Shown piece by piece: positions 28,070 to 37,674 of a DNA stretch of 52,352 nt. Numbering within the stretch: the stretch's first letter is position 1; each line of letters starts with the position of its first letter. Origin of the DNA: Candidatus Hermodarchaeota archaeon (GTDB lineage: Archaea; Asgardarchaeota; Hermodarchaeia; Hermodarchaeales; Hermodarchaeaceae); contig JAEOUH010000058.1 of assembly GCA_016839365.1 (NCBI GenBank), positions 1 to 52,352 of the forward strand, written 5' to 3'. The notes under the pieces are model-generated. The model was not told the DNA's origin, ran no database searches, and saw only the letters and a program-made list of their open reading frames with translations. The position numbers and the translations under genes were made by a program.

Positions 28070-28756
28070 ATGGCACCCTCTTCAGTATCGATTGAAGCAG
28101 TCCTCTTTGATGTCGATGGGGTCGTTGTGGAAAGCGAACTCCTCCACTTGCAGACCTTTAACGAAATCCTAGAACCCTATGGGCTTGAGATATCGGAAAA
28201 TGAATGGAAAACTCGATTCCTCGGTGCAGGTTCTGCCATAATTATGACAACACTTTTCGAAGAAAACGGAATTTCTGACGATCCAACTCCAATTATCGAT
28301 CAACGGCGTCTCCTCTATCGAGAATATGTAAAACGCGGTGATCTACAACCGATTCCAGGGTTCATCGCTTTTTATAAATCCGTTCTAAGTGTTCATCTTC
28401 CCGTTGCGTTTGTTAGTACTGGCCATCCAGTGAGTTTGAATGCAGCGTTAGATAGTTTGGGGCTATTAGGAAAGCACCCGGTTATCGATGTAACCCAGGT
28501 CACTCGGACCAAACCGGATCCGGAAGCCTATCTACTAGCGGCCCAAGCCCTCAAAGTTCCCCCAGGGGATTGTCTAGTCTTCGAAGATTCGCCAATTGGA
28601 ATTGCTGCAGCGAAATCAGCAGGAATGACGTGTGTTGCCCTCACAACGACAAACCCGGCTGAAGACTTAACTCATGCTGACCTTGTCATCTCTAACTTCC
28701 TTGGCATGTCAATTCATTCGGTAAGTGAAAAGTTAGGGAAACGCGTGAAGGACTAA
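28070..28756 (+). CDS. HAD-superfamily phosphatase (beta-PGM/CbbY-like)
   Basis: LFDVDGVVVESE, KPDPEAY and VFEDSPIGIAAAKSAGM. Confidence 0.92.
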   Translation: MAPSSVSIEAVLFDVDGVVVESELLHLQTFNEILEPYGLEISENEWKTRFLGAGSAIIMTTLFEENGISDDPTPIIDQRRLLYREYVKRGDLQPIPGFIAFYKSVLSVHLPVAFVSTGHPVSLNAALDSLGLLGKHPVIDVTQVTRTKPDPEAYLLAAQALKVPPGDCLVFEDSPIGIAAAKSAGMTCVALTTTNPAEDLTHADLVISNFLGMSIHSVSEKLGKRVKD

Positions 28757-28757
28757 G

Positions 28758-30155
28758 TTATTGGGGATAGCGCTTAATTCCCTTCAATCTACAGACCTCA
28801 CGGACCATCATGTCCAGAATCTGGTCATCGCCTTTGATGCCGGGAGGCGCATCAACAATCTTGTCAAGTTGTAGGGGAATTCCATCCATCCGATAAGCGG
28901 TTTGTACGCCATCGGCTTCGATTCCCACATAGGCTGAAGGAATGATAACATCCGCGATTTCAGTCGTTGCGCACCGTTTGGGATCTAGGATGATTACAGG
29001 AATCTTCATCAGTTCCTTAACCGCAGCCATGGGGAATGACGCTGCGGGATCGGCGGCAATGGCGAAAAAGGCATCTGCTTCCCCTCGGACCAACACATCC
29101 ACCGCGCTCGTTTCACCGGGCATATAGTAAGGCGATCCCTGTTCAAGGCTCACCGAAAACGGGTAGCCATAGGTCCAAGTGGATACATGGTTTGACCCCG
29201 TGACATTGAAGTGACCACGTAAAGGCATTATTACAGCTTTTGTGTGATGGTTCAAATCCGCAGTCAAATCAATGGCGGCAGAGACGTTATGGTCCTTGCC
29301 ATGAGTTTGCGTTAATCCCAGTCCAAAGAATATTGTCACAAACTTGGCACTCTTCAAATCGTTCACAAACTCACGGATCTGGCGCACCGGAACACCTGCT
29401 ACTTCAGAAGCCTGCAAATCACTACCATTTAGCAGGGCACGGACGGCTTGAAGGAGCTCATAGTCTTTGTTCGGTTCCACAATTATTGAATTGGTCACCT
29501 GATCCGTAAATCGCGTGGGACGCACATCAATGTGGTACACTTTGCGGTCTTCCACTTGTTGGAATAATCCTTCGATGAATTGTGAATATCGTCGAGTATG
29601 ACGAGGATGTGCTGCAACCGGATTACAGCCCCAGTAAATAATCAAGTCCGAATAGTTCTTGATTTTACCTAGCGTAGCAGTTCCTATACCCACACGTTGA
29701 ACGGCTTCAATACCTGGGCCATGACAGACTGAGGAGGTATTGTCCACAACTGCACCTGATACCTCAGCAAGTTCCAAGGCCTTGACGTTTGCCTCATTGG
29801 ATGTGCTAGCCAATCCATAAATCACAGGACGCTTAGCCTTGGTTAATATCTTGGCTGCTACCTTGATGGCTTCTTCTAATGTAACTTGTTTGACCTCAGA
29901 TTTGTTCGAACCTGAACGTAGCTCTGGTTTGTAAATCCGGTACTCATCTCGAACTTTCAGAAATTTGGTATGTCCAATGCGGCAAGCATTCAACGCCTCC
30001 ACAATCGTGCCTTCGGGAACACGTGGGAGCGGACCGGTCATCGTCACCGCCACTTCTATGTCGTCGCATAAACAGCCACAAAAAGGACAGATGACATGTT
30101 TAGTGATGCGTGATCGCGGAGTCGATAGGATCGCGTCGGTATCTTTGGTAGTCAT
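28758..30155 (-). CDS. fwdB: Formylmethanofuran dehydrogenase subunit B (Mo/W-bis-PGD, Cys ligand)
   Basis: CPFCGCLCDD, NACRIG, TSSVCHGP, WGCNP..AHPRH, PLRGHFNV and AYRMDGIP. Confidence 0.95.
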   Translation of the reverse strand: MTTKDTDAILSTPRSRITKHVICPFCGCLCDDIEVAVTMTGPLPRVPEGTIVEALNACRIGHTKFLKVRDEYRIYKPELRSGSNKSEVKQVTLEEAIKVAAKILTKAKRPVIYGLASTSNEANVKALELAEVSGAVVDNTSSVCHGPGIEAVQRVGIGTATLGKIKNYSDLIIYWGCNPVAAHPRHTRRYSQFIEGLFQQVEDRKVYHIDVRPTRFTDQVTNSIIVEPNKDYELLQAVRALLNGSDLQASEVAGVPVRQIREFVNDLKSAKFVTIFFGLGLTQTHGKDHNVSAAIDLTADLNHHTKAVIMPLRGHFNVTGSNHVSTWTYGYPFSVSLEQGSPYYMPGETSAVDVLVRGEADAFFAIAADPAASFPMAAVKELMKIPVIILDPKRCATTEIADVIIPSAYVGIEADGVQTAYRMDGIPLQLDKIVDAPPGIKGDDQILDMMVREVCRLKGIKRYPQ

Positions 30156-30268
30156 AGCGTGAACCTCAAGTAGCATCTCGGATAAGGGTGTAGTGTACAG
30201 GGCGGTTCTGTCATTTAAGCGGTTCGCCCAAACTACTCTTTTAGTTGGCTAAATTGGTACAAAGGTTG

Positions 30269-31129
30269 CTAGGGAAGGGGTGCACTCCACGGTGTGAGTT
30301 CGGGAAGTTTTTGACGTTGGCTGATGAATTTGATGAGTAGGATAACGATGATGGCGCCGATAATTTCGGTGAAAAGGGTTGTCCCGTAGAGAATGATGGT
30401 CATCAAGCCGCTGGGAGGGAACAGGTAACTGACAGTTGTTATGAAGAGTGTGAAATTCCAAAGCGTGTGTAGAATGATGGGTGCCCAAAGGCTACTGGTT
30501 TTCTGAAACAGATAACCAGTCACAATGCCGAAGATAAACGATGAAGCGATATAATATGCTGCATACCATGCGGCACTAATTGGATCCATGCCCATTAGGA
30601 GGGCGTTGATTGGCCAAACAATATGCCAGAAGCCAAAGAAGAGGGCTTGAATGATATTAGCAACAGTGACATTGGTCTTGGTCATGAAACAGCGCAACAT
30701 GAGCCCACGGAAGAGCCCTTCTTCCATGAACGAGTTGATAATGTAAAACACAAGGAAGTACACAACGAACACTGCAGGAATTACGCTTAGTGTAAACGAG
30801 GGGACTAATCCAAAGACAAGTTCAATGAAAAGCTCAAGTGCTAAAGGAAGAACGAAATAAAGGATGTAGGTGAGAACACCCAGAACAATATTGATGACTA
30901 GATATTTCGTGTGAATCCCAAGAACGGAAAAGGTGCGGTAGACAACGGCAACATACACCAGAAGTATGACGAGAGGAATCACCTTAGATGTAATTATACT
31001 CCAATCTGTTAGATGGAGCTGTAATACGAAGATATCGATTACACGAAATACCATGGCAATCACAAAGAAGAGGATCGCCAACAGAACTGGAGGTACCAAG
31101 GTTTTATGAGGCGGAGTAGATTCGGTCAT
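30269..31129 (-). CDS. CPBP (Abi/CAAX, Rce1-like) intramembrane glutamic endopeptidase
   Basis: EEGLFRG, FGFWH and SLWAPIILHTLWN motifs. Confidence 0.9.
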   Translation of the reverse strand: MTESTPPHKTLVPPVLLAILFFVIAMVFRVIDIFVLQLHLTDWSIITSKVIPLVILLVYVAVVYRTFSVLGIHTKYLVINIVLGVLTYILYFVLPLALELFIELVFGLVPSFTLSVIPAVFVVYFLVFYIINSFMEEGLFRGLMLRCFMTKTNVTVANIIQALFFGFWHIVWPINALLMGMDPISAAWYAAYYIASSFIFGIVTGYLFQKTSSLWAPIILHTLWNFTLFITTVSYLFPPSGLMTIILYGTTLFTEIIGAIIVILLIKFISQRQKLPELTPWSAPLP

Positions 31130-31241
31130 TCAAATCAATCCTAACTAGGGTTAGTGAAATCTTCTGATTGAATTTAAGCATTTGAATTGATGGAATCCGA
31201 TCAGTTAGTAAATATGCATTTGCCCAGAAGAAAAGAGGCGA

Positions 31242-31263
31242 TTCCGAACTAATCAGTTCGGAA
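31242..31263 (-). terminator. Hairpin terminator downstream of hppA
   Basis: TTCCGAACT-aatc-AGTTCGGAA, a 9-bp stem followed on the minus strand by a pyrimidine/T-rich tract. Confidence 0.55.
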
Positions 31264-31313
31264 AGAAAACTCAACGCGTTCATATGGCTCGATTACATAT
31301 TTCTTGATTCAGG

Positions 31314-33497
31314 CTACGGAAGAAAGAGCAAAATGATCCACAGATGTCCGGCCCAAATCAATGGTAGAAAGATGGTTGCTGTTAGGCTTGTTACTGTTAA
31401 TAGAGTGTTGATTGAAGGTCCAGCTGTATCTTTGAAAGGATCACCGATAGTGTCACCTACAACGGACGCTGAATGGATTTCATGATAATTGGGTTTATCA
31501 TGATCATAAGCTGGTGATTCGATGAATTTTTTGGTGTTATCCCATGCACCACCTGCATTATCCATGAACAGGGCTAGGATTAAACCAACTATCACCGCAC
31601 CAGCAAGATAAGCTGCCAGAGCCTCAAGCCCTAACACGACTCCAGTGATGATCGTTGCAATGATAGCAATAATTGTTGCAGGTAAGAGTTCTCGGAGTGC
31701 CCCCTGCGTGGAAATCTTGATTCCCCGATTATAGTCTGGCTTCGAAGTGCCTTCTAAAATACCAGGATCCTCGCGAAATTGTCGACGGATCTCGAGTATT
31801 AGTTTGTCTGCGTTTTTTTGCACACCAAGAATCAGAATTGCGGAAAATGCTGCGGGAAGAATTCCTCCTATGAGCGCCCCAGCAAGGACAACGGGATTGA
31901 GAAGATCGATGAAAATAACAGTGCCCGTTAGCTGGGTAGCAAGTTCAATATACGCGGAGAAGAGGGCAAAGACTGTGAATGCCGTAGCACCAATGGCAAA
32001 CCCTTTCGTGATAGCTTTTGTCGTGTTTCCGATGGCATCCAGTTTATCACATTCTTCAATGGCTTCCTTTGATGCCCCCGACTGTTCGATAATTCCCCGT
32101 GCATTATCGACAATAGGACCGTAGGCATCTGCACTCATGACCAGTCCATTTGTCGCTAGCAAACCCACTGCAGCGATAGCCACAGCAAACACACCCGCTT
32201 GCCAGAACCCAATTGGGCTAGGAATGGGAATCAGCGTTCCAAGGCCAAAAGCAGCGACCAAGGCCACAACAATTCCAATCACTGAGGGGACAACACTTAG
32301 CAGCCCATATGAAATGCCAGATAATGCTAGGGTCCCAGTACTTGTTTCTGCTGATCTCACCATACTTTGCACAGGTTGGAATCTACCCATTCCATAATTG
32401 CTAGTAAAGATATCTGACACAAAACCAATGAGCACCCCAGCCAGCAGCCCAAGTATCCCAGCAACAGCGATAACAATGGGCACTTGAAGCGCTAATAAGA
32501 CAATCACGACAAGAGCACCGAACAAAATCGTCGAATAGTAGGTTCCATGATTCAGCGAGCAATCAGGCTCGCATGTGTCACTTGTCCGTACAAATAGAAC
32601 GCCAATAATGGCAGCGACACCTCCCAAGGATGTGATAATCAGGGGAATTACACCATATGGAATCGTTGTAGAAATACCATTGTTTAGCAGAACCAAATCA
32701 ATGGTCGCTCCTAATATTGCAGCAGCCAAAATCGCAGCGATATTACTGTCAAAAATGTCTGCACCAGTTCCCGCGACATCTCCTACATTATCTCCAACGG
32801 CATCTGCGATAGTTGCGGGATTTCGGGGGTCGTCTTCTGGAATATCATACTCCACCTTACCCACGATATCCGCAGCAATGTCGGCTGTTTTTGTGAAAAT
32901 CCCTCCGCCGGCTCGGGCGAATAAAGCAACACTACTCGCACCGAAGGAGAATCCAATGATGAGTTCCCATAAGGCAATTCCACCATTCATTCCTAGCATG
33001 GGGAAGATAAAATTCCAAAGTAAATACAATCCTGAGATTCCGATGAGGGCTAGTCCACTAATGATTAATCCCATCACTGATCCAGCTCTGAACGCCACAC
33101 GGAACGCTGGGTTCAATCCTCCTAGTGCTGCTGCGGCGGCTGTCCGGCGATTTGCGCGAGTTGCGACCATCATGCCGATATAACCGGCTAACATGCTGGC
33201 AAACGAGCCGATAACGAAGGAAATGGCAAGTGCGACTGCAATGGTAGCTATTCCTGATGCACTAAAGAAGAATTCTGCAAATGCAATGGCAATAGCCATG
33301 GCAATAGCAAAGATGGCCAGAATCTGGTACTGAACACGCATAAAGGAACGCGCACCTTGTTCAATGAGGCTGCTCACCTCACGCATTTTCTCATTACCTT
33401 CATCTGCACGCATGACTAGTCGATAAAAACCCAAGGCAACTAGAACTGCTAAAAATCCAATGAAGAAGGCGATACTTAGAATGATGATTGTAATCAT
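31314..33497 (-). CDS. hppA: Membrane-bound ion-translocating pyrophosphatase, K+-independent type
   Basis: GGGIFTKTADIAADIVGKVE, EDDPRNP, DNVGDVAG, DAYGPIVDNA, GNTTKA (Lys at the K+-dependence site) and GDTIGDPFKDTAGPS. Confidence 0.95.
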   Translation of the reverse strand: MITIIILSIAFFIGFLAVLVALGFYRLVMRADEGNEKMREVSSLIEQGARSFMRVQYQILAIFAIAMAIAIAFAEFFFSASGIATIAVALAISFVIGSFASMLAGYIGMMVATRANRRTAAAAALGGLNPAFRVAFRAGSVMGLIISGLALIGISGLYLLWNFIFPMLGMNGGIALWELIIGFSFGASSVALFARAGGGIFTKTADIAADIVGKVEYDIPEDDPRNPATIADAVGDNVGDVAGTGADIFDSNIAAILAAAILGATIDLVLLNNGISTTIPYGVIPLIITSLGGVAAIIGVLFVRTSDTCEPDCSLNHGTYYSTILFGALVVIVLLALQVPIVIAVAGILGLLAGVLIGFVSDIFTSNYGMGRFQPVQSMVRSAETSTGTLALSGISYGLLSVVPSVIGIVVALVAAFGLGTLIPIPSPIGFWQAGVFAVAIAAVGLLATNGLVMSADAYGPIVDNARGIIEQSGASKEAIEECDKLDAIGNTTKAITKGFAIGATAFTVFALFSAYIELATQLTGTVIFIDLLNPVVLAGALIGGILPAAFSAILILGVQKNADKLILEIRRQFREDPGILEGTSKPDYNRGIKISTQGALRELLPATIIAIIATIITGVVLGLEALAAYLAGAVIVGLILALFMDNAGGAWDNTKKFIESPAYDHDKPNYHEIHSASVVGDTIGDPFKDTAGPSINTLLTVTSLTATIFLPLIWAGHLWIILLFLP

Positions 33498-33528
33498 GGA
33501 ATTCCCCACGTTGCCGAATGGAGGCGAA

Positions 33529-33927
33529 TTAACTCACGCTTTTGCGCATGTCATCAAACAATTCTTGAAGGTTCAAAACCTGTTTATCGGGGGTAGGAGT
33601 GACTATGGCTTTCAGCCCTTTCATGGTGGGCATTCCGGTACTGTCGGTATCTCCACTGATGACACAATTAGCCCATGGACCATAAGGGATGAATCCCATG
33701 CCTTCGCTTGCCCGTTCCGCTAGTTCTGCACGAAGCACCACACTGCCATGTTTCGTAGTAACCTCGACGATATCACCGGGTTCAATCTTCAGTTTCTCCA
33801 AATCACTTGGATCGAGTCGAATTTGAGTAGTAGCCTCATGGTAAATCTTACTGAGTTTTCCTGCTTCGAGTCCCACACCCTGACGACGCGTCCTACCTGT
33901 TAACAAAACAACTTCTATGCTAGGCAT
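33529..33927 (-). CDS. fwdD: Formylmethanofuran dehydrogenase subunit D (molybdopterin dinucleotide-binding)
   Basis: LLTGRT..QG...GK, FIPYGPWAN and TDSTGMPTMKG. Confidence 0.9.
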   Translation of the reverse strand: MPSIEVVLLTGRTRRQGVGLEAGKLSKIYHEATTQIRLDPSDLEKLKIEPGDIVEVTTKHGSVVLRAELAERASEGMGFIPYGPWANCVISGDTDSTGMPTMKGLKAIVTPTPDKQVLNLQELFDDMRKSVS

Positions 33928-34018
33928 AGACTAATTACACTCCACTTCTGATTGTCACCGATAACTGATAACCTCTAATAAATCTCTTGCTAAAGTCCAA
34001 AGCCGATTCCCCGCCTCA

Positions 34019-35065
34019 TCAGGATGAAGGAATTCTGACAATCCAACCCTGAGTTGAAAGCGTTCCCACAACCACATGATTGCGAATAACATTTCCTGCC
34101 GTATCACGAATCGCTTCAACTATTCCCCTGATGCGCACCTGATCTCCTCGATTGAATACAGCAGAAAAAATACCTTCAAATGAGAGAACCTCCGTTAAGG
34201 CAGGTAATTCTGTATCCCCCTCCTCTATGGTAATATCTCCGACCAAGTAATGGGCTGGCACGAAAAGGTTGTCCTCATCTTCCATAATGGTCGCTGTAAA
34301 TTGAACGCTTTCCACTGGCGAATAAGTCTCAGCCCCATACTGATCCATAATTTCCCCATCCATACGAACAGGACTAATTGAAAAAGCTGTTTGTCCAAAC
34401 CGTCCCCGTTGCCAATGCGACCACGAAATCTGTTCTGCATATCGTGCAGGAATCCCCAAGATACGAACTTGCCGCAATTGCCACGCTTGAATCTCTTCAC
34501 CTGAAAATGGTTTGAATAGTTCTTCACCAAATAAATCGTCCATCACGTTCCGAACGCGGTGTGCGTTTTCTTGCCCGTAGACAAGCAAATCAATATCTGA
34601 GAACATTGGATTGTGAAGTTCAAGTAAAATCGAACCAGAAATACCAAACCGGTTCTCATCAACACCACTTCTTTCTGACAATAATGTAACAAGAGCTTTC
34701 GATTTAGATTCCAACGGATCCTGTGGATCGCGCAGAATTTCAGCTAATCGCACTTCAGGCAAATAATAGGCCATGATGTTCTCCCATGGAACTAAAGGAA
34801 GCTTAATCCCCCGTACAGGGTCAAGCTGAATGTATTCAGGGTGATGATCTAAGAGCCATTTACTACTAGATTCCACCTCGGCGGCGCTATACACTTGCAT
34901 CATGCGCTGATACTTCACACCTTCGCGTTCCCATTTTCCCTTCGAATCTGGACGATACTTCAGATAGGCAGTATAGGCATCAGGGGGATGCAAGTATCCT
35001 ACAATCGTGAAGAAAAGCCCCTCATTGGTTTCGACATAATCTTTGTCTTTTGGAAGACGTGCCAC
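34019..35065 (-). CDS. Pol-beta-superfamily nucleotidyltransferase (COG1665-like), paralog 2
   Basis: D.VET.EGLFF..VGYLHPPD...AYLKY, GISGS...SDIDLLVYG, and a C-terminal OB-like segment (V.SF.G.F....G.VE). Confidence 0.8.
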   Translation of the reverse strand: MARLPKDKDYVETNEGLFFTIVGYLHPPDAYTAYLKYRPDSKGKWEREGVKYQRMMQVYSAAEVESSSKWLLDHHPEYIQLDPVRGIKLPLVPWENIMAYYLPEVRLAEILRDPQDPLESKSKALVTLLSERSGVDENRFGISGSILLELHNPMFSDIDLLVYGQENAHRVRNVMDDLFGEELFKPFSGEEIQAWQLRQVRILGIPARYAEQISWSHWQRGRFGQTAFSISPVRMDGEIMDQYGAETYSPVESVQFTATIMEDEDNLFVPAHYLVGDITIEEGDTELPALTEVLSFEGIFSAVFNRGDQVRIRGIVEAIRDTAGNVIRNHVVVGTLSTQGWIVRIPSS

Positions 35066-35086
35066 CCCTAAGCCTCCACAACCTAT

Positions 35087-36127
35087 TCAAAGAACATTCT
35101 TCGGTAATAAGATATCCGTCGGATCACTTCCCAACACGAATCGTCCCCATTTCTCCTTCCCATGTTCAACCAGTTCCACAGTGCCTTGCACAATTGCTTC
35201 TTCATCTTGGCGGACCTGCTCAGAGAACCGTCCACGAAAACTCACGATTTCCCGTATTTCAACATCAAAGCGCCCTTCTAGTAACTTCATCGCTTCGATC
35301 TCATATCGGCAAGGCGTGAAGAGTCCATCACGATCATCCATGATTCTACAATATGCACGTGCTCGACCTAGTTGACGAAACTTGCTATCGCCATACTGCT
35401 CATGGACTTCATCCCACTCCAAGACCGCTCGAACAAAATAATGATGCCCACCAAACACCCCGTGCATGGCCTTCAATCCATCCACCAACAACATCTTTTC
35501 AATAGAAATACCCGAGCCTGACCAGCGCAGGTTATAAACTGGGAGGTAGGTTTCCAGACGATACCCTGAGATTCCTTCTTCAGGCAACAAATGTGCCCGA
35601 CGCAAAGCCAGTTGAACTGCTTGTGCTGCACGACGCCCATAAACGATTAAATCGATATCCGAGGTCTCACCGTGAAGATTGACTTGGATACTTCCTGAAA
35701 TCCCCAACGAGTTTGGTGAAACACGGGCAGTTTGCTCGAGAATGTTCGCAAAGGTCACCACGTCCTGTTGCAACGCATCCCGTTCGTCCTGCTCAATTAA
35801 CTTCCGTAGGCTCTCTTTTGGTTGATAGGTGTGCTTAATAGCAGAATGTTGAACCCCCTGTAATTCTTGTCCGAAAACTGCATCCTTGTATAGATATTTG
35901 GGGTAATGTTGTCGAAGATAATCAAACCGCTCAACAAGATGGTAGACCTTATCATACCGCTGGTTTCCGCGTCTACGCTTCCCTTGGGGCGTGGGATAAT
36001 AGCGCAGGAATGCGATGGTACGGTCTGGTGGATGTATGAGTCCCTTCACATCAAAAAACAGCCCTTCAGTGGTTTCGATGAAATCCCCTTCACGAGCAAC
36101 AATCGTTTTATTGATGTCTACCACCAC
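35087..36127 (-). CDS. Pol-beta-superfamily nucleotidyltransferase (COG1665-like), paralog 1
   Basis: REGDFIETTEGLFFDVKGLIHPPDRTIAFLRY, GISGSIQV...SDIDLIVYG and IVSFRGRFSEQ...VQGTVE. Confidence 0.8.
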   Translation of the reverse strand: MVVDINKTIVAREGDFIETTEGLFFDVKGLIHPPDRTIAFLRYYPTPQGKRRRGNQRYDKVYHLVERFDYLRQHYPKYLYKDAVFGQELQGVQHSAIKHTYQPKESLRKLIEQDERDALQQDVVTFANILEQTARVSPNSLGISGSIQVNLHGETSDIDLIVYGRRAAQAVQLALRRAHLLPEEGISGYRLETYLPVYNLRWSGSGISIEKMLLVDGLKAMHGVFGGHHYFVRAVLEWDEVHEQYGDSKFRQLGRARAYCRIMDDRDGLFTPCRYEIEAMKLLEGRFDVEIREIVSFRGRFSEQVRQDEEAIVQGTVELVEHGKEKWGRFVLGSDPTDILLPKNVL

Positions 36128-36188
36128 CGAAGTGCGCTTGGATTTTTACAATGAATCTGAGCAGGAAAAATCCTTTCGAAGATCGATT

Positions 36189-37625
36189 CTAATACTCCAG
36201 TCCCAAGGAGGGAATAGCGAATTCGTCTTCAGACCAAGTCCAATACGAGCCATTCCACTTTGAGGCAAGTTGAGCAGGACCATAAGCTCCCATGTTCTTA
36301 AACTCTTGCATCTGCCACACCTCATCAACACCATCTTCTTCAAGGGTCATCGAAATAGCATTGAGAATAGTTCCGAGGCTCCGTGAAGGAGCATAAACGT
36401 GGAGAATGCATCCAATCTTGGTAATTGATGCAAACCCCTGAGGCATTTGGGCAACTGCTACAGTTAGTTGCTCTGCGATATGGGGTTCACATCGAATCGC
36501 AAATGTCATGAAAAAGGGAAGTTGGGGCGTTGAAAAGGTGAAGAAAGGTTCCATTGTTCTTTCCTTGTATAGCCGGTTCTTCCGAGTTGAAATAGTGGTA
36601 CGTGGCGCCTCAATATCAACGGTCTTCAACCGCTCCATTATTTTCTTCATTGAAGCATTAGCATCTCCAACAAGAAAAGATGTAAGATAGAAATCTAGTT
36701 TATCAAAGGGTCGGGCTATCGTATTGGATAATCCGCGGGGTTTGGGGAGAATAGCCCAGTTTTCTCGAACAAAATTAAGAAGTCCAAGCGTAGAAATATC
36801 ACCCTCAATCATCCAGGTGCTCGTATCGTAGTCAAAATAGTCAAAGCATATAGATTGATGGTACTTTGTGATTTGATGAAGCTGATGCCATTCAAAGAAG
36901 TGTTCACTAAGAAATTCTACCTGTTCTAAGAATAGTTGAACTGGTTTCCCCTGATCAGGAATACGAAAGGCAGCAAATCCTCGCTGTAAGGATGTATCAA
37001 AGTTTACTGTCGATAGGTAGGTTGCCATCTCTTTGTTGAGCACATTGGCAAGATGTCGGGACACATCAACACCCTTTGTATTAAAGATAAGCCCATAATG
37101 GCGTAGCTTAAAGCGGCCCCAGTCGATTAAATTCGCGAATCGTAAATCGATTTTTTCTTCCAATGATTTGATGTCTTTTCGTATTGTCGGAAGGCTAACT
37201 TTCATTTCTTTGGCAATCTCTCTTTGTGGCGTCGTTGGACGTTGATATAGCAAGGTCATTAACCGGATTTCTCTTCCGGTTAAGCGGTCAACTTCATCAG
37301 ACACCAGCCCGCGCAACAAATCTCGGGTAACCTTCTCATAAGAGGTGATGTTGAAGCGAAGGATTACTTTCAAGCGCCTAAGTAATGAGTTATAGATTCG
37401 ATCGCGTGGTGTCACGACCAACCCTGAAAAGTCCTTGTATGGTTGAAGTCGATAATCTTCATCAGAGAGTGGGATGCCTTTAACGCGCTTTGCATAGACT
37501 CTTAAGTTCTCAAGGAGAAGGTCGATCTCGAACAGTTCTTCACTTGGACGTAGAACTTCATGGATGCTGCGCTGTAATGTCGAGAGCAAATCAGCTACTT
37601 CAACCATTGATTGCACGCGCGCCAC
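36189..37625 (-). CDS. Large winged-HTH / Lrp-AsnC-like tandem-domain protein, paralog A
   Basis: LTGREIRLMTLLYQRPTTPQREIAKEMKVSLPTIRKDIKSLE is an HTH. A second HTH-like segment follows FDKLDFYL. Aligns with 41318..42748 and 42767..44164. Confidence 0.72.
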   Translation of the reverse strand: MARVQSMVEVADLLSTLQRSIHEVLRPSEELFEIDLLLENLRVYAKRVKGIPLSDEDYRLQPYKDFSGLVVTPRDRIYNSLLRRLKVILRFNITSYEKVTRDLLRGLVSDEVDRLTGREIRLMTLLYQRPTTPQREIAKEMKVSLPTIRKDIKSLEEKIDLRFANLIDWGRFKLRHYGLIFNTKGVDVSRHLANVLNKEMATYLSTVNFDTSLQRGFAAFRIPDQGKPVQLFLEQVEFLSEHFFEWHQLHQITKYHQSICFDYFDYDTSTWMIEGDISTLGLLNFVRENWAILPKPRGLSNTIARPFDKLDFYLTSFLVGDANASMKKIMERLKTVDIEAPRTTISTRKNRLYKERTMEPFFTFSTPQLPFFMTFAIRCEPHIAEQLTVAVAQMPQGFASITKIGCILHVYAPSRSLGTILNAISMTLEEDGVDEVWQMQEFKNMGAYGPAQLASKWNGSYWTWSEDEFAIPSLGLEY

Positions 37626-37629
37626 ACCA

Positions 37630-37674
37630 TCGTCAGAAAGAAAGAAACGGATATATAATGTTTCCTTTTGACGA
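37630..37674. promoter_or_regulatory. Imperfect inverted repeat bracketing the TATA box of paralog A
   Basis: TCGTCAGAAAG..GAAAC-[GGATATATAAT]-GTTTC-CTTTTGACGA. The minus-strand TTATATAT lies ~26-33 nt before the GTG start. Confidence 0.45.

Noticed and set aside
32575-33183. 202-aa plus-strand ORF and similar ORFs inside hppA, DUF389, copA and the kor genes
   Set aside because: Antisense or alternate-frame shadows of well-supported genes, with no motifs.
34019-36127. CBASS/cGAS-like or MNT-HEPN defence system
   Set aside because: No effector, HEPN or Cap genes are adjacent, and the domain layout fits the archaeal COG1665-like family.
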